Made by a program: the position numbers and the translations under genes. From Raillietiella orientalis (Eukaryota): DNA of 64,000 bases. Positions 25,262 through 37,843 of the stretch are shown here, piece after piece. The notes beneath the pieces were generated by a model. It saw only the letters and a program-made list of their open reading frames with translations, was not told the DNA's origin and made no database searches. Position 1 is the stretch's first letter. Every line of letters starts with the position of its first letter. The stretch is from the NCBI GenBank assembly GCA_036172245.1, contig JAYWIR010000010.1, forward strand, positions 930,001 through 994,000, in the 5' to 3' direction.

Positions 25262-27229
25262 AGCTTCAAACCGTACTAAATTTTATATTTTAATGACTTT
25301 TTCCAGTGGAAGGCATGCGACCCACGGGACCCGGGAACCGATCCTCACCTTCGTCACCGAGGCTGCGTCGCCGAGGAGCGGCAGCTCCACCGCGTTTGGG
25401 GCCCCGTGCCAACCTTTGCGAGCTCTTCTCCTTCTGCCGCTCCGTGGAGAGAGAGTGCAGGATGAGCGAAGGTGGCACGGGGGCGCGCTCCCCCTCCCCC
25501 ACTTCTTTGGTCGCGAGAGCCTCCCTCCCTCTTGGCTCCTCCTTCCTTCCCATGCTGGAACGGCTCGCCGACCGGCATCCTTGCCCTCGCTGCCCGTCAT
25601 GCGGCAGCCGCTCGGCTCCTCCTGCGCCATCTTCAGCGCGCTCGCCGCATCTTTGCAGCACCATCCCTCCTCCATGGTGAATTTCGAAGAAGGATGCTGG
25701 CGGGGACGTTCAAAAAGGCACGCTCTGGGGCGAGCGGCGAGCGCAGTGACGTAAACGCGCGCGGGCGGCGGCATGGCGGCCAACAACGCGATCTGGAAGT
25801 GTGCGGCCGCGCCCGGAGAAACGGCGGGGACGAAGCTGGAGGAAGTGGCGGACCCGTCTCGCCCTGCAGCGTCACTCGGGGGGGAGAAGGGCGGCGGCCC
25901 TGGATCCCGGGCAGCGCTCGCCGGGAGAGGGCGAGTCGCGGTGGACTCGCCCGGAGGGCAGTGGACTGCCGTGAGGCTCGCCGGCGAGCGCTCGAGGGCG
26001 CTTTCGGGGTCTGGCGGAACCTCCTGAAGTGCACGGGCGGAGCGGAGCGCCGCTGCGGGCCGTTCCCGAAAGCTGGAGGAGACGGCCGCGCTCACTCGGG
26101 ACTCGGTGAGGCAATGTACGACGCGCCCTCGCGTCTGCGCGGGAGGGGCGGGCCGGGCCATGGAGGTGCGGGCGACCGCCTGGGACGCGCGCGCCGGGAG
26201 GGGTCCGCCGACTCCCGTCCTTACGGCTGATTTATGGGGAACAAAAGGCGCGTGTCCTCTTGATGAAGTCATAGGGGGCTTTGAGGTCCGCGCCCGGAGG
26301 TCCGAGTAGAGAGCGAAGGGAGGGAGCGGGGAAGCGTGGCCAATCCGGCATTGAATTCCCCGCCCCGCCCCTGGCTGGCTCCGCGTCTGCACCGCCCGTT
26401 CATTTTCCGGACTGCTCCATTCAGGCGGCCCCCGGGGACGGGGAGCGAGGCGGGGCGAGGAGGGCGAGAAAATGGGAGGTCGGGAAACGCTCGATCCGCT
26501 GCCGGCAAGAAGGGGACGGAGAATGGCGCCCCTCCGCGGGCAGAAGAATCGAGCCCGGCAGGGTCCGGAGCGAGAGGCGACGGAGCATCCGCGTCCCTTG
26601 GCAACCGCTTCGGAAACCCCCCGAGCGAGGGGTCGGCTGCAAGGTGCAGCGCGGAGGCTCATTAGGGCCGACCAGTTTGTTATCCTGTCAACGGCGGCCC
26701 CTCCACCCCTCTGGGAGGGCGCGACTGCTCGCAGAGGGAGGCGCGGCGCGCACTCCTCCCTCCCGGCGGCGAAGTGCGTAGGTGGGAAGCGGAGAGTCCC
26801 CCATGTGGGAAAGAGGACTGGCGAGCTGCCTCGCTCGACCCACTCCGGGGCGCCCACGGAGGTCATCCCCCTGGGGCTTGCAACACCAGCGGTCACCTTC
26901 GGAGCCTGCCTCCCTCCAGAGGAAACACCTCGCGGCTGGGGGATGCGCGGTCTACCAGCTTCCCCCTTCGCCTCCACGGCCCGTCCACTGCGCTTTCGTC
27001 TCGCGTTCCCGGAAGACGACACCATCCTCTGCCCCTCCGCCACGCAGCCAACGAGCTGAGAAGAAGGATGCACTCTGCTCTCGGGCGCCTCGAGGGTGAC
27101 GCGATCGCGACTCGCTGACATGGGTGCGGAGGGCGGGAGCCACCCTTGCGAGAGGCCTCCTCCCTTAGGAGAATCGTTTGCGGCCATCTTGCAGCCGCGA
27201 CCCTCCCACTGCAGTTCCTTCCTCCCTTT

Positions 27230-27525
27230 CACCTCTTCCTCCTCTTCTTCCTCCCTTCCTCCTCCCTTCCTCGATGACCTTCGTTATCAGGAATTTCCTT
27301 CATCATTATCGATGATGGCGCCCTCGCCACCATCACTGATGATGACTATAATCGTCATCCTGTGCTCGTCATTGCCGTGGCTATCGCCATCATCAACTTC
27401 AGCAGCGACGGCAAGCAGCGTCGAGAGCTGATGGCCATCGCCGCAAGGATCGTCAGCGTCATTCCTGATCGATCGCCATCGTTGATGGCCGTCGCCGTCA
27501 TGGGCTTCAAGCGTCGTCAATGGCC
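27230..27525. repeat. Degenerate triplet repeat (CCT, then ATC/GTC/GAT)
   Basis: Visible period-3 low-complexity sequence. Confidence 0.7.
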
Positions 27526-27599
27526 GTCTCTCCTGCCACCCTCCGAGCATGCCTGAGGGGTTCGACGTAGTGGAAGGGTAGGGAGGGAGAGAGAGGTCC

Positions 27600-28450
27600 C
27601 ATCCGGTAGAGAGAATGGTCAGGATGGCCTCGGGGCCGATATCACCCCTACCTGCCGCCCCAACTCAGACGGGGAGGGAATTCCGACTTGCCTGAGCTCC
27701 CAAGCGCACTCTGGAGGACTCTCAGGAGAGGCGCAGCCTGTGGATTCGCCGGTTTCCGAGACAACCGACTCTGAGAACGCGCGTCCCTCGAAAGCGTCGG
27801 GCTGGACTCTCCCAACTGTCAGGACGGAGCCGTTCCTGCCTCCCAGCTCCCTTCCGTGAAGAGTTTCCCTGCCTACTTTTCCTGCTTCCGGAGGGTGAGA
27901 GTAGGGCGGAGACTAAGCGCGAGCTCTCCCGTCGTCGCCGCTGACCTCGGTACAATCTTTCCTTGAAGACCGCAATGATCGCGAACCACCTCCTGGACGC
28001 AGAGCGCTCTCTGGCGTCGAAGGAGGAGAGTGAAGAATGGCAGTAGTTCCAGCTCGCACCTGAGTGACCGCAGCGCATCGTCGAAGTGAGGAAGGGCTCC
28101 CGGGTAAGACCGAGGACTACTGGACCACACCAAGCCACTTTCAGGCAAACATCTGCGTTTTCCTGGGCGGATTCCGTGCAGAGAAGGCGCCATGGCGGGA
28201 AGGCAATCCGCATCCCGGGAGCAATCCATCAGGAGTCCCCCCCGGACCGCGGGTTCAAAGCCAACCGGGCTGGGAGCTGCAGAGCAGCGCCTGACGGTGG
28301 GAAGATGGAGCGCACGCGCGATCGGTTCAGCAAGATGATGTGGTCGCGCAACATCCAAGTCGTCAAGGATTTCTGATAGGAGCACCAGCAAGGACACCCT
28401 CCAGGCGACTACCGGTTGCGGACCCTTGGGGGCGCCAGAAGGGGGCCGAG
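27600..28450 (-). pseudogene. L1/Tx1-like LINE 3' remnant (degenerate zf-RVT)
   Basis: Minus-strand KSLTTWMLRDHIIL, LLCTESAQENADVC..C and WFAIIAVFKERLYR match the layout of the Tx1 C-terminus. Confidence 0.4.
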
Positions 28451-29849
28451 ACCGCCCCGCGTCGACGTCGCGCAGCAGTCGAGATCTGTGCAACGGGTGC
28501 AAACCTCCCGCCCCATGCGGAGTACTGCGGATTCGAATCCCAGAGTCCGACTGAGCTCTGCGCCTCGACAATGACGCAGCCTCACGCGATTGAGAGGCTG
28601 GGCGGAAACCACGGCGACCCTCCTTCAGCGCAGACGCAGCTCCTTGAGAAACTCGGCGCGCCGAAGACGGCGGGACCGAAGGTGCGGATTCCTCCCTCCC
28701 CATCCCTAGGCTGCTCGGTTTGTCCTTGGAGACAACAGTCCGGGATGAGTCTCCCCGCGCGCAACCTCCTCCGACGCGAGGTGACCGTGCGTCTGGTTGC
28801 GCGACCGGTCGAAGGGCTCCTCCGCGGTGAATGGCGCCGGGTGCCAGCAGGCAACCCTCCCGTGCCCTTGGCTGCTTTTGCGGAGGTTTTTCAAGGACCC
28901 CCTCGACCGACGAACGCTGGAGCCGCTGTGCCGCACCTCCCGCGCGGGATTCGCGCCAATAGCCACGTGGCGGTCAGCCGTTTCGTCGTCGTCTCCACGG
29001 TTAGGAGAGCGGCAGGACGGCCTCGCCTTCGTCCCGAGGCGAAGGAGGGCGCCTCCCGGATTGCGAAGAGGCTACGTCCCGACGACCCCTCCTGCCTTTC
29101 CCATTTCCCGGAAAGCAAACAACGTTTCCCGTTAATGTATATTTATTTATTTCCTTATTTATTTTCGTCCCTCGTTCCCCCGTCAACCTCTCCGTCCCGA
29201 GCGTGCCTCGTCTGAGTGTCGGCGTTGCCCGTGCCGTGCCCGGCGGACGCGCAGACGAGAGCAGCTTGCCGACGTGCCCGGACCGAAGGCGGAGACGCCG
29301 AGGGAGCTAAGGAATGGCCGCCTTCTCTTGCCCTGTCCCGCGACCCCGGGGCCCCAGACCCACTCCCTTCCGCATCTCCAGAAGCACTGCTCGGCGGCGC
29401 TGACGGCATGCTTTCCCGGAGCGACGGCCCGGATCCCCGGGTTGACTTTGCCGGCGGCGCGGAGCGTGATGCTCTCCCAGAAGGGGGGAGGGAAGGAGGT
29501 TCGCATCCCTGGTGGGAGGAGGAAGGAGGGGATGTCTTGCTGCCTGCAGGGCGGCGGCAGCCGGCGGGGCGCCGGAGGGAGCAGCGGAACGGGGAGCGCA
29601 AAGCGGGGCTAAGAGCGGGGGAGGCGACCGAGGGGAACTGTGGGTATTCTGCCAGCGCGCGGTCACTTCACGGCACAAGGACGCGTTCCGTACCCGAGGG
29701 CGTCTCTCCAGCTGCTGAACTCTCCAATGCGACATCTGTGCGCAAGAACGGCGGCCTCTGGGAAGGAGGGCGCAGAGCAGCCCACTGGCTCGTCGAGGTC
29801 AGGAGAACTTCGTTTGCACAGAGGGCCGAGGAAGGCTCAACCCGGGTCT

Positions 29850-31050
29850 GTCCACCTCCCTCGCCGTGGTAAACGAAGGGAGCCCTGGGGAGACTGCGCT
29901 GACCCTCAGGCGGCCGTCGCCAACGTCAGCGATGGAGCAGCGCCAGTTGCCGTCGAACGCTGCTGCCTCTCAGGACCTGCAGGGCTGCGTTGCACGGCGC
30001 CCTCGCGCTGCCCTTTCCTTTTCCGAGACCTCCCACCCGCCGAAGTCCCTGTCCAAAGTAGGTCGAGCCAGAGACCTACTTCGGGGAGGGACCTTGGCTC
30101 GTCTGGAGTTTCAGCGGCCGCCCTGACGTCGGAGGCACTCGGCGGGCACAGGCGAGACGGAAATCTTCCCCAAGGATGGGGATAAGGCCGCTCCTCCCCC
30201 TTCAGACTCGCTCCGGCGTCGCCGGGACCGACGCCGCCATTCCTGACGTCACGCCAGAGCTCCCCGTTGCGAGACCGGCGGGCGAACTCACCCGCGTCGC
30301 CTCGGGAGGGGGGCCCATTTCTCCAGCCAAGGTCCCCCGCCTTACAAGAAGTCCCTGCCCTGAAGGCGAAGCCGCTATTACAGCTGAAAAGTGCCGACCG
30401 CTCGGGGAGGACGCTCGTACGAGGCGAAGGGCTGCCCGGTGGACGGAATTCGTGTCCCTGTGCCCCACCAGGCGGGGCACAAGATCCACTCCAGCAACGC
30501 CATGGGAACGCCGGCCATCGGATCACCCAGGAGGGAGCATCGGCGACGTCTCCAAGCAACCTCCAGGCAGACCCCGCCGAGCCGTCCTCAGCGGCCTTTC
30601 AACAGTCAGCCGGACGCGTGCAGTAGGTCGCGGTGTACATGGAATGTAGACTGCGAGCATAGTGAGTCACGATGTACGCTCTGGCTTCACGTACACTCTT
30701 CTGAGACACGCCATCCAAATGCGAAAGGTGATCACACGGATGTCATACGTGGACGCGTGTTAGGTGTTTGTACGCACGTGTGTACGATGTAAACGAGGAG
30801 ACGGAGTGCTGTCCGAGGGTTCTCTTCCGCAGCAGACGATCCTTGCCGTGGAGACCTGCGGAAGTGAGGTGGTCATGAGCATTGAGGTGGCGTTGCAGCT
30901 GGCGATGGAGCAGGTGCGGCTGCCAATGCGCTGCCGAGTTGGATGGGAGGGACGCTCCTCTTCGTAGGGGGACGAGTGAACGCTCACTCTGGCCCCTCGA
31001 GGACAGGCGCGCGCCCGCCAGTACGTGCTGTGGATTCGCGTCTGTGACCT
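29850..31050 (-). pseudogene. Possible LINE RT remnant
   Basis: Minus-strand SLPQVSTARIVCCGREP (RT domain 2-like), then RPPGSPSP (domain 4-like). Weak. Confidence 0.25.
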
Positions 31051-32949
31051 CATCTCTGGTCGGGGGGAGAGAAGCGAAGAGTTATGCTCCCCTTCCCAGG
31101 AGACCGGAGAGCCGCCGAAGGGTTATCCGCAACATCGGACTTTCCCTTGCTTTTCAGACGGGGCTGGCTATTCTGCTTCCGCCTCGGAGACATCCCCCGC
31201 TTGGCGCCCGAACGCAAGGATCACCACCGCGCCATCGTGACCGGCCAAGAGCGTGATGGCACGTGAGGCTGTTTCCCGGGGTTAAGTCACCGGCACCACG
31301 CGAATGAGGGATCGCCAGAGGGAGCCTCGGGCAGGGCGGCCTACAGGAAGGCAACGTGGCCCAGGGGGCGGTAAGCGACTCCAGCGCGCTGTACGGGAAT
31401 TCCAGAAGGGCGCCACTGGGGGGGGTCTCCCGGGCCTGCCTCGCAAACGTTGGCGCGGGGTCGCTGCTGCCCCGCGTGGGGCGCGCGCGAGCGCTTCACC
31501 TCCGCACGATGGGGCGATTAGCCCGGGGTCTGTCGTAGCCGTGACTCATGCGAACCGCATCCACAGTTAATTGGTGATGGATTGGCTTCCCGAGCTGGAC
31601 CGGTGCGAAAACATCATCCCCTCTCGCGTGAAAGATGCGCTCATTACATCCGAGTGGTAATTAAGGGATGCTGGCGCCGTCGCGGATGCGGGAGCTCCGT
31701 TTTGGAACACATGCGAGCACGGGGTCACGCCGTGCCGGGGAGCTTGCACGTCTCCCTCGCTCTTTCGACTCCTCCCTCGCTTGCAGGGGCTTCAGGGGCG
31801 ACCCTCGCGCGCGTTTTTCCTCCCCTCATCCTCCCGTCTCACGCGGAGGAGGAGCACCCGCGGGCGGCGGAAGAATGGTCTAGAGGGGACGCGTTCTCGA
31901 GCACCCCGCGTCCCGTCGTGCGCGATGGTGGCATTGCAGGAGAGGGGGCAGGGACAGCTGCCTCGCCCCTCCGGCGGACGGCGGCAGCTCGACCCGAAGC
32001 CGGCGCTGCGGAGAGGCTCGCCTGCCTCGCCATCTGGGGAAACCTGTCCGGGAGGTGCTCGCGGCGCTCCGCGAAAGAGCGCTCCTTCTCTTCGCACGCG
32101 ACTCTGCGCGTGCGATAGGCGGCCGTGCCAGCCTGTGCTCCGCACCCGTTGCCCAGGAGATGCGAGAGGCTGCCGCCGGAACCACCCGCGCGGCGGAGGC
32201 AAACGCCGCCAGGCTTCCGAGGGATCCACGACCGCGCGGTGGCGCGAAGGCGAGCCTAGCGCCTCCCATTTTCCCTCGTGGAGCGGTGGAGCCGTTGCCT
32301 AGAAGACGCGACGCCACTCGCTCCCGAAATTTCGATCCCACCGGGGAAAGTTCGCTGAGATTTATGGAGCGGCTCCTTCGGCGTCACGTGCTGGCACGGA
32401 GCCGCCATGAACTGCCTTTAACAAGCCGGAGTATGCGGCTGCGATGTTGAGCGAGGGCGTCGCCGTCGGCTGGGCGAGCAGGCCATCGTGCATGGAGATG
32501 TCTTTTTCACCCTCTGCATCCCCCCCCCCCCCCCATGCACGCTCACGCGCACGCGCACGCTGCCAGAATCGATCCCGTGCGTAACGAGCGGCAGCAGCAC
32601 TTTTTTTCCTTCTCTCTCTCTTTTTCACTCCTCCCCCCCTTTTCCCCCTCTTCCCACCAGGCCATCAGCCAGCGGGCGCCGCTGGGGAGAGGCGGGAATT
32701 AACTCCCGTGATGAAAAGCTGCCATCGTCCTCACCTACAGACGAAAATAGGAGCTTGTCATGAATCATGGGTTCCGATCGATGAAAACAGGCTGATGACA
32801 TCACCGCGCAGCCATCGCGTTTTCGTCACGGCGCGGGCACGAGCGCGCGCGCCGCCACGACCGGGGCAGAGGAACTCAGAGTGCCAGCGGGACGTCCTCT
32901 GGTCGGGAGTCGCCGAGGGCCGACAGCGTTCGGTCGGAACGGGGTGCCT

Positions 32950-34040
32950 CTGAGGGCCCGCTCGCTTGTTTGCGGCAGGGTAGGGAATGTTTCGACCCAC
33001 GGAGGAGGGAGGCGCCAGAAGCTCTGATCTCTCACCGGAGGACGCCAATGTGGGCCGCAGTGGGCCACTTTGGAGTCCGAGACCCCTCCCCTTTGACGTA
33101 TCCATGGCGACGAGTCGGAAACGCACCCTCGGCAGTGGGTGAAATTCCGGAAGCGGCAGTCGCTTCGCTCCCCGAAGAGTGGGCCCCAGACGTCGCATCC
33201 CCGTGGAGCATCAACAAAAACAGCAGAAGCAGCAGCAGCAGCAAGAACAACAAGCTGGGCGTCCACCCAGAGACGCGGGGTGTGGGTGCGCAGGATCCGC
33301 AAGGCAGCCGCATCGCCGTCCACTCTTCTCCCCGGTTCGGGGCTTTGAAGGGCAGCGGACCCACCCTGCGAGTTCTCCGTGGGAGGCAGACTGCACCTGC
33401 CTGCCCGTCCGCTGCAGATAGGCTCTGGGAAGATCCCGCGCGCCGGGAGAATGGCTAGACGCGCTCACTCGCTGCCAGAAGTGCTGATGCCCGAAATCAC
33501 CTCTCGCCGGTGGCCCCTCGGAGCCCCTGCACGCGAGGCGCCCAGGACGGCGCCCTCGGCGCGGAGGCGGCACTCGGCGTGGGGCGTATCGATGGCAACA
33601 GAGCCACCTCCGAGAGGAAGCACGCAGGTGCCGCCAGCCCGCCTGGCTCGTCGATCCCTCGGCCGGGCTGAGCCAGCCACGCACTCCGGTGGGAGTGGGT
33701 GGCATGGTGGTCCGTGCGGGCGATGGTGAGCGAGGGGGGGCTTGGAGCCATCAAGGTCCGCCGAAGGCGCACATGCTGCCCGGAAAGGTGCCTCCGAGCA
33801 CTCCCTCGTCCTGAAGAAACAGCTTAGGATGGCAGGGCAGAGGGCAGGACGCAGGCTTGAACCCGCGGCAGGAGGACCTGGGCGGGCTCAAGATGGAGGA
33901 CGCAGTGACGTCAGTCGACCGGGCGAGAGCGGTGGGAAAGAGCAGTGGCAAGTAACCATCTGTGCCCGGGCGGCTGCCAGACGACACGAAGCTCCCTCTT
34001 CAAGTCTCTGATGGGAACGGGAAGCGGATCCTCAACGAGG
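32950..34040 (-). pseudogene. LINE APE endonuclease remnant (L1/Tx1-like)
   Basis: Ordered minus-strand motifs HRYAP (~33580-33600), RGDFG (~33490-33507; cf. GDFN) and NFTHCRG (~33125-33145; cf. FTHxQG..RLDR). Confidence 0.6.
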
Positions 34041-34059
34041 ATCGAGGGATGTTGCACGC

Positions 34060-34541
34060 ATCCCCCATTTGCGGATAGAAAAAAACAAAAACCAAGATGT
34101 ACTCGTATAACGCGCCGAGGAAGAGTTCCGCGTTATACGAGACCTATACCCGTATGTTATATGCTATGATGTTATGTATGCCAAGCTTATGAAGTGCTTC
34201 GTGCAAGCTTATGTACTGCAGTAGAACACTTGTTCTTCCTTCTGAAGACAAAAGGAATCCAAAGTGTTGCATCAATAAGGAGGGAGAGGCTTCCAGGATT
34301 TTTGTTGGTTCCACTGCTTCATTTGCAGCGTTCTGGATGCTGGAAAACGCGCCCGCCTACTGTACTCTAATCCAGATAGACTGGGGTTCAACTCCCTGAG
34401 GTCACCCCTCGTTCCTGCTCTTCCTAGAAGCAGCCGAACGGACACTGCGTCACATCCGCGGCTCGTTGCACGTGGCTGAAGTGCCACGTTATACGAGTCC
34501 CATGTCCGCTTTTTTTCCGTCGGATTCGCGTTATGCGGGGA
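34060..34541. mobile_element. Probable MITE with degenerate long TIRs (pogo/Tigger-like)
   Basis: ACTCGTATAACG (34101-34112) is inverted to CGTTATACGAGT (34487-34498), with an extra copy at 34129-34141 and CGCGTTATGCG near 34527. AT-rich non-coding interior. The superfamily is an inference. Confidence 0.55.
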
Positions 34542-35464
34542 AGGATTGAAGAAGGGACGTCCCCGTACGCGCGCGCACGTTCCCGAAGATCCTCGGTCCG
34601 AGGACGCTAATAGGGGCCGAAGGAATCCTTGCGCCGCGAATCGACTCGAGCACCACCGCTCCACTCTCCTCCTTGGCGCGGAAGGCGGAAGGAAGCAACG
34701 GCCTCCGGCCTCCCCCCCGCCCCCACGAGGGCATCATTGTCCGGCAACTTGATCCGGGTTGCACATCGCGGGCGGCCTGGCATTCTCTGGGACAGCCGGG
34801 GGGTGCTGGAAGTGGAGGAGTCCAGCCGGTCGCGGAGGTTGAAGGGGGCGGGGCTCATCTGCGAGGCGGTCCTAGGCCCGGTGAGGAGGAATCGGCGCAC
34901 CCTAAATTCCCGCAAGTCCCCCCAAGGGGTTCTGCTCCGGTGATTTCCGGTGAACCGCCCCCTGGCTCGGAGGGGGCGCGCCCGAGGTTCCTGAAGGCAT
35001 CTGGAAGGGGAGAGCCTCCCCTCCGGGCGCGGCACCCGTTCCAGGACGGCGATCGCCGCCGCCGTCGTCGGGTAAGTGTGGCGCTCGCGCTTCGGCTGCG
35101 ATCGCAGCGCTCCAGGCGGCAGGCGCGCGCAGCCCGAGACGGCCGCTGTGCACCGCAAGAGACGACTTGGCGGCGGCCGACCCCGGAACGCTCTCGAGCC
35201 CTTCCGTCTTTTCCCGGATACGACCGGCGGCAACCGGGTCCCCAGCGAGCCTGGCGCTCCCTCGGGATGCAGGTCCGCGTCTCCAGGAACAAGCTCGGGG
35301 CCCCTGGGCGGTACCTCGGCGCCTCTCCAGCCGGGCGGAGTCAAAACCGCGTCCTCGCCGAGCACCACCGGCCGACGCCGCGGCTGCCCCCGGAGCCTCC
35401 TCGCATCGTCTGATTGAGACGTTGCCTTTTTTATTGGCGACGGCCTGCCCGGGAACGCTCTCGA

Positions 35465-35794
35465 ACTGTTTACGTGCATAATTAATGCTCGTCCAGGATA
35501 TCTTCGTCGCTTGACAAGAAGGAACCGCGCTGCTCTAGCGGCTAACAAGCACATCCGACGCGGCGCACGGTATTGGAGCTTCCGGGCTCGTGACGTAGCC
35601 GGCCTCGGTAGAGCTCCAACCAATGGGAGCCCGAGGAGGCGCGCTTGGTGGGCGGGGCGTGCGATCAGCTGTCGCTTTGTAAGCCATGCTGGCAAAGCTG
35701 CCAGTTTGTTTCGCGCCGCGTCCCCCCACGCATGGGAGCTGCCACGAGCTCGTGTTCTGTAATGGTACGCTCTTGACGAACCGTTCGGACGAGA
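35465..35794 (+). promoter_or_regulatory. Putative Lbx proximal promoter / 5' leader
   Basis: Directly upstream of the ATG. Contains TGTTTAC and ATAATTAAT (~35467-35487), ATTGG (~35572), CRE-like TGACGTAG (~35591), CCAAT (~35620) and the GC box GGGCGGGG (~35650). The transcription start site is not determinable. Confidence 0.45.
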
Positions 35795-36395
35795 ATGTGT
35801 GACGCTGTGCCGTGCATCCTTCACCGGCCTTCCCTGGGGAGCCGCGCGAAGAAGCTCCCCTTGGCCGACGACTCGGAGGACGCGAGCAGCTTCGACGGGC
35901 ACTATACGGACAGCGACGAAAACGCCGGAGGTTGCGAACGAACCGACGCGTGCCTGGCAAGGGATCCCGCCAAGAGAAGTGCTAGCCCCCCGTCCAGCGC
36001 CGCGACCTCAGAGACCTCGGACCAAGGACTGTCCGACTCGGAGGACTCGGATTACCTCGAGCCGCTGCGGAAGCTCAAGATGGTGCAGTCGCTGGCGGCG
36101 GCCAGCCAGAAGGGCCCGAAGCCCGGACTCAAGTCCTTCTCCATCGAGGAGATCCTCAGCTATGCCCCGGACGGCCCCCCGGCGACGGAAGTCCCCGCAA
36201 AGATCGTGCGGCCCTGGGACCTGGACGGCGAGCGCGCCTCCAGGAAGAAGTCGAAGCTGCCGGACGACGCGAGGGGGCAGAAGTGCAGGCCCCAGGAGGG
36301 CAAGTCGACGGCCTCCGCCTACTGCTCCTCGCCCTTGGACGCCCTCTTCCAGATGACCAACAAGACCTTCGAGGGGCTGAAGAAGGAGTGCGGAG
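35795..36395 (+). CDS. lbx: Ladybird/Lbx homeobox protein, coding exon 1 (200 codons + 1 nt)
   Basis: ATG at 35795. Encodes the eh1 motif FSIEEIL (36137-36157), IVRPWD (36203-36220) and the Lbx-family motif SPLDALFQMTNKTFEGL (36329-36379; cf. vertebrate SPLCALEELASKTFKGL). Ends at donor GGAG|GTAAC (phase 1). The exact start codon is inferred. Confidence 0.9.
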
Positions 36396-37804
36396 GTAAC
36401 GTTCCTCCGCGCCCCGTCCGTCTCAGAGCGCCGACCCCTAGCCCCCCGCGCGCGCTCCCTCCCGCCGGATGGCGCGCCCGAAAGCTGGGCGAGGTGATGT
36501 CGTAGACCTCCCTCCCGCCTCCGCGCGCGCTTCGGCGGGTCGCGGTCGACGCCAGCGTACGCGACCGGTCCCACCGTCACCCCGGCAACTGCTTTCCCCC
36601 TCTCGGCGCGCGCCCCGACCAGCGCAAAATCCCTCTGGAACCCTTCTGGAACGCTCCGGGGTCGGAGGAGCGCCGGAAAGACTTCCGTTTCCGCCCCAAT
36701 GATCTCCCGAAGGTCCTTCCCGTAGCCGCGCAGAGGGTCCGAGCGCGGATGCTGGTGGCTCACTCGAAGACGCTCCGCGCTTCGTGGAGGAGGTGGCAAC
36801 CCCCGCAGGGCCCTCCCTCCCCCTTCCGCCGACCTCTCGGAACCCTTTCAAGCGGGCAGGCAGCCCTGGTCCCGTACAAGGACAGAGGGCGGTATCTAGG
36901 AGGCCACAAGCAGCGGGAGGAAAAGGGGGGGAGCTAGAACCCATTGTCGACGGTTGCGGCGGCGCTGTCGCGCAGGCTTCCTCCATGGATACGATTGTTG
37001 ATCCTCGCTCGCCGCTCCGAGTTTCGAAGGAAACGAAACGGGAACGGGAGAGCGGCCGAAAGGATTCGGGAATCCGCGTTTCTACGGCTGCCGGGAAAGG
37101 GGGATCCTGCCCGCCCGCGCCTTCGGGCGACGGCCGACGGTGCCCACTAACGGCTTCGAGCTTCGCAGCCAAAGGGCCCGGCGTCCGCCCACCCCCTCGG
37201 TCGAAACGCACGAGTCGTGCGGGCGCCACCGGAGGCCCCGGACACCGCGCTTCGGCCCGCCTCGATCCCCCGCGGCGCTGGCGTTTTGTTTTTCCGACGC
37301 CAGCGATCGCCCTTTGGCAAGGTGGGCGCTGGCGTTCAGGCGGCGAACCGCTTTGGAGAGTTCCCGCTCCCGACGCTGGCGTGCGACTGGAATGCAGATC
37401 GGCCTCTGGACCCGGCCGGCCCCACTGTGGGTCTCCTGTGGTGACGTTGCTGTCGTCGCTGCTACGCTTTCCGGTGCGCGCGCACCTTTCTGGGCGCCAC
37501 CCCTTTGCTCCCATCGCAGATCCCCTTTCCGGACGTTCCGTGCCGCGGAGGAGATCGCATCGGATGCTGCACGGAAGCCGGTCCTTCGGGGGACACGCGG
37601 GGCCGCCCGAAGAGGAAAGGCGATCGACTTTCGGATCGAAGCCGAGACCGTCCCCAGACCTGGGGCGCGACGTTCTGCTCTCGAGGTGTTCGAACGGTGG
37701 TGCAAAGTCTCGTGCACGTGTCTGTTGTCGAGTGCGCCTCGTGCTGCTTTTTCCCACACGAAAAAGCCGCCCTTTTTCTGAAAGAAGTGCAAAAACAGAA
37801 AAGC

Positions 37805-37810
37805 AACAAC

Positions 37811-37843
<33 letters not shown>

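Noticed and set aside
25283..27232. 649-aa minus-strand ORF
   Set aside because: Ala/Arg/Pro/Ser-rich, no intact domain, crosses repeat ends; expected in GC-rich, stop-poor DNA.
36396..36505. C-terminal extension of the 236-aa ORF
   Set aside because: Lies after a good donor site; most likely intron read-through.
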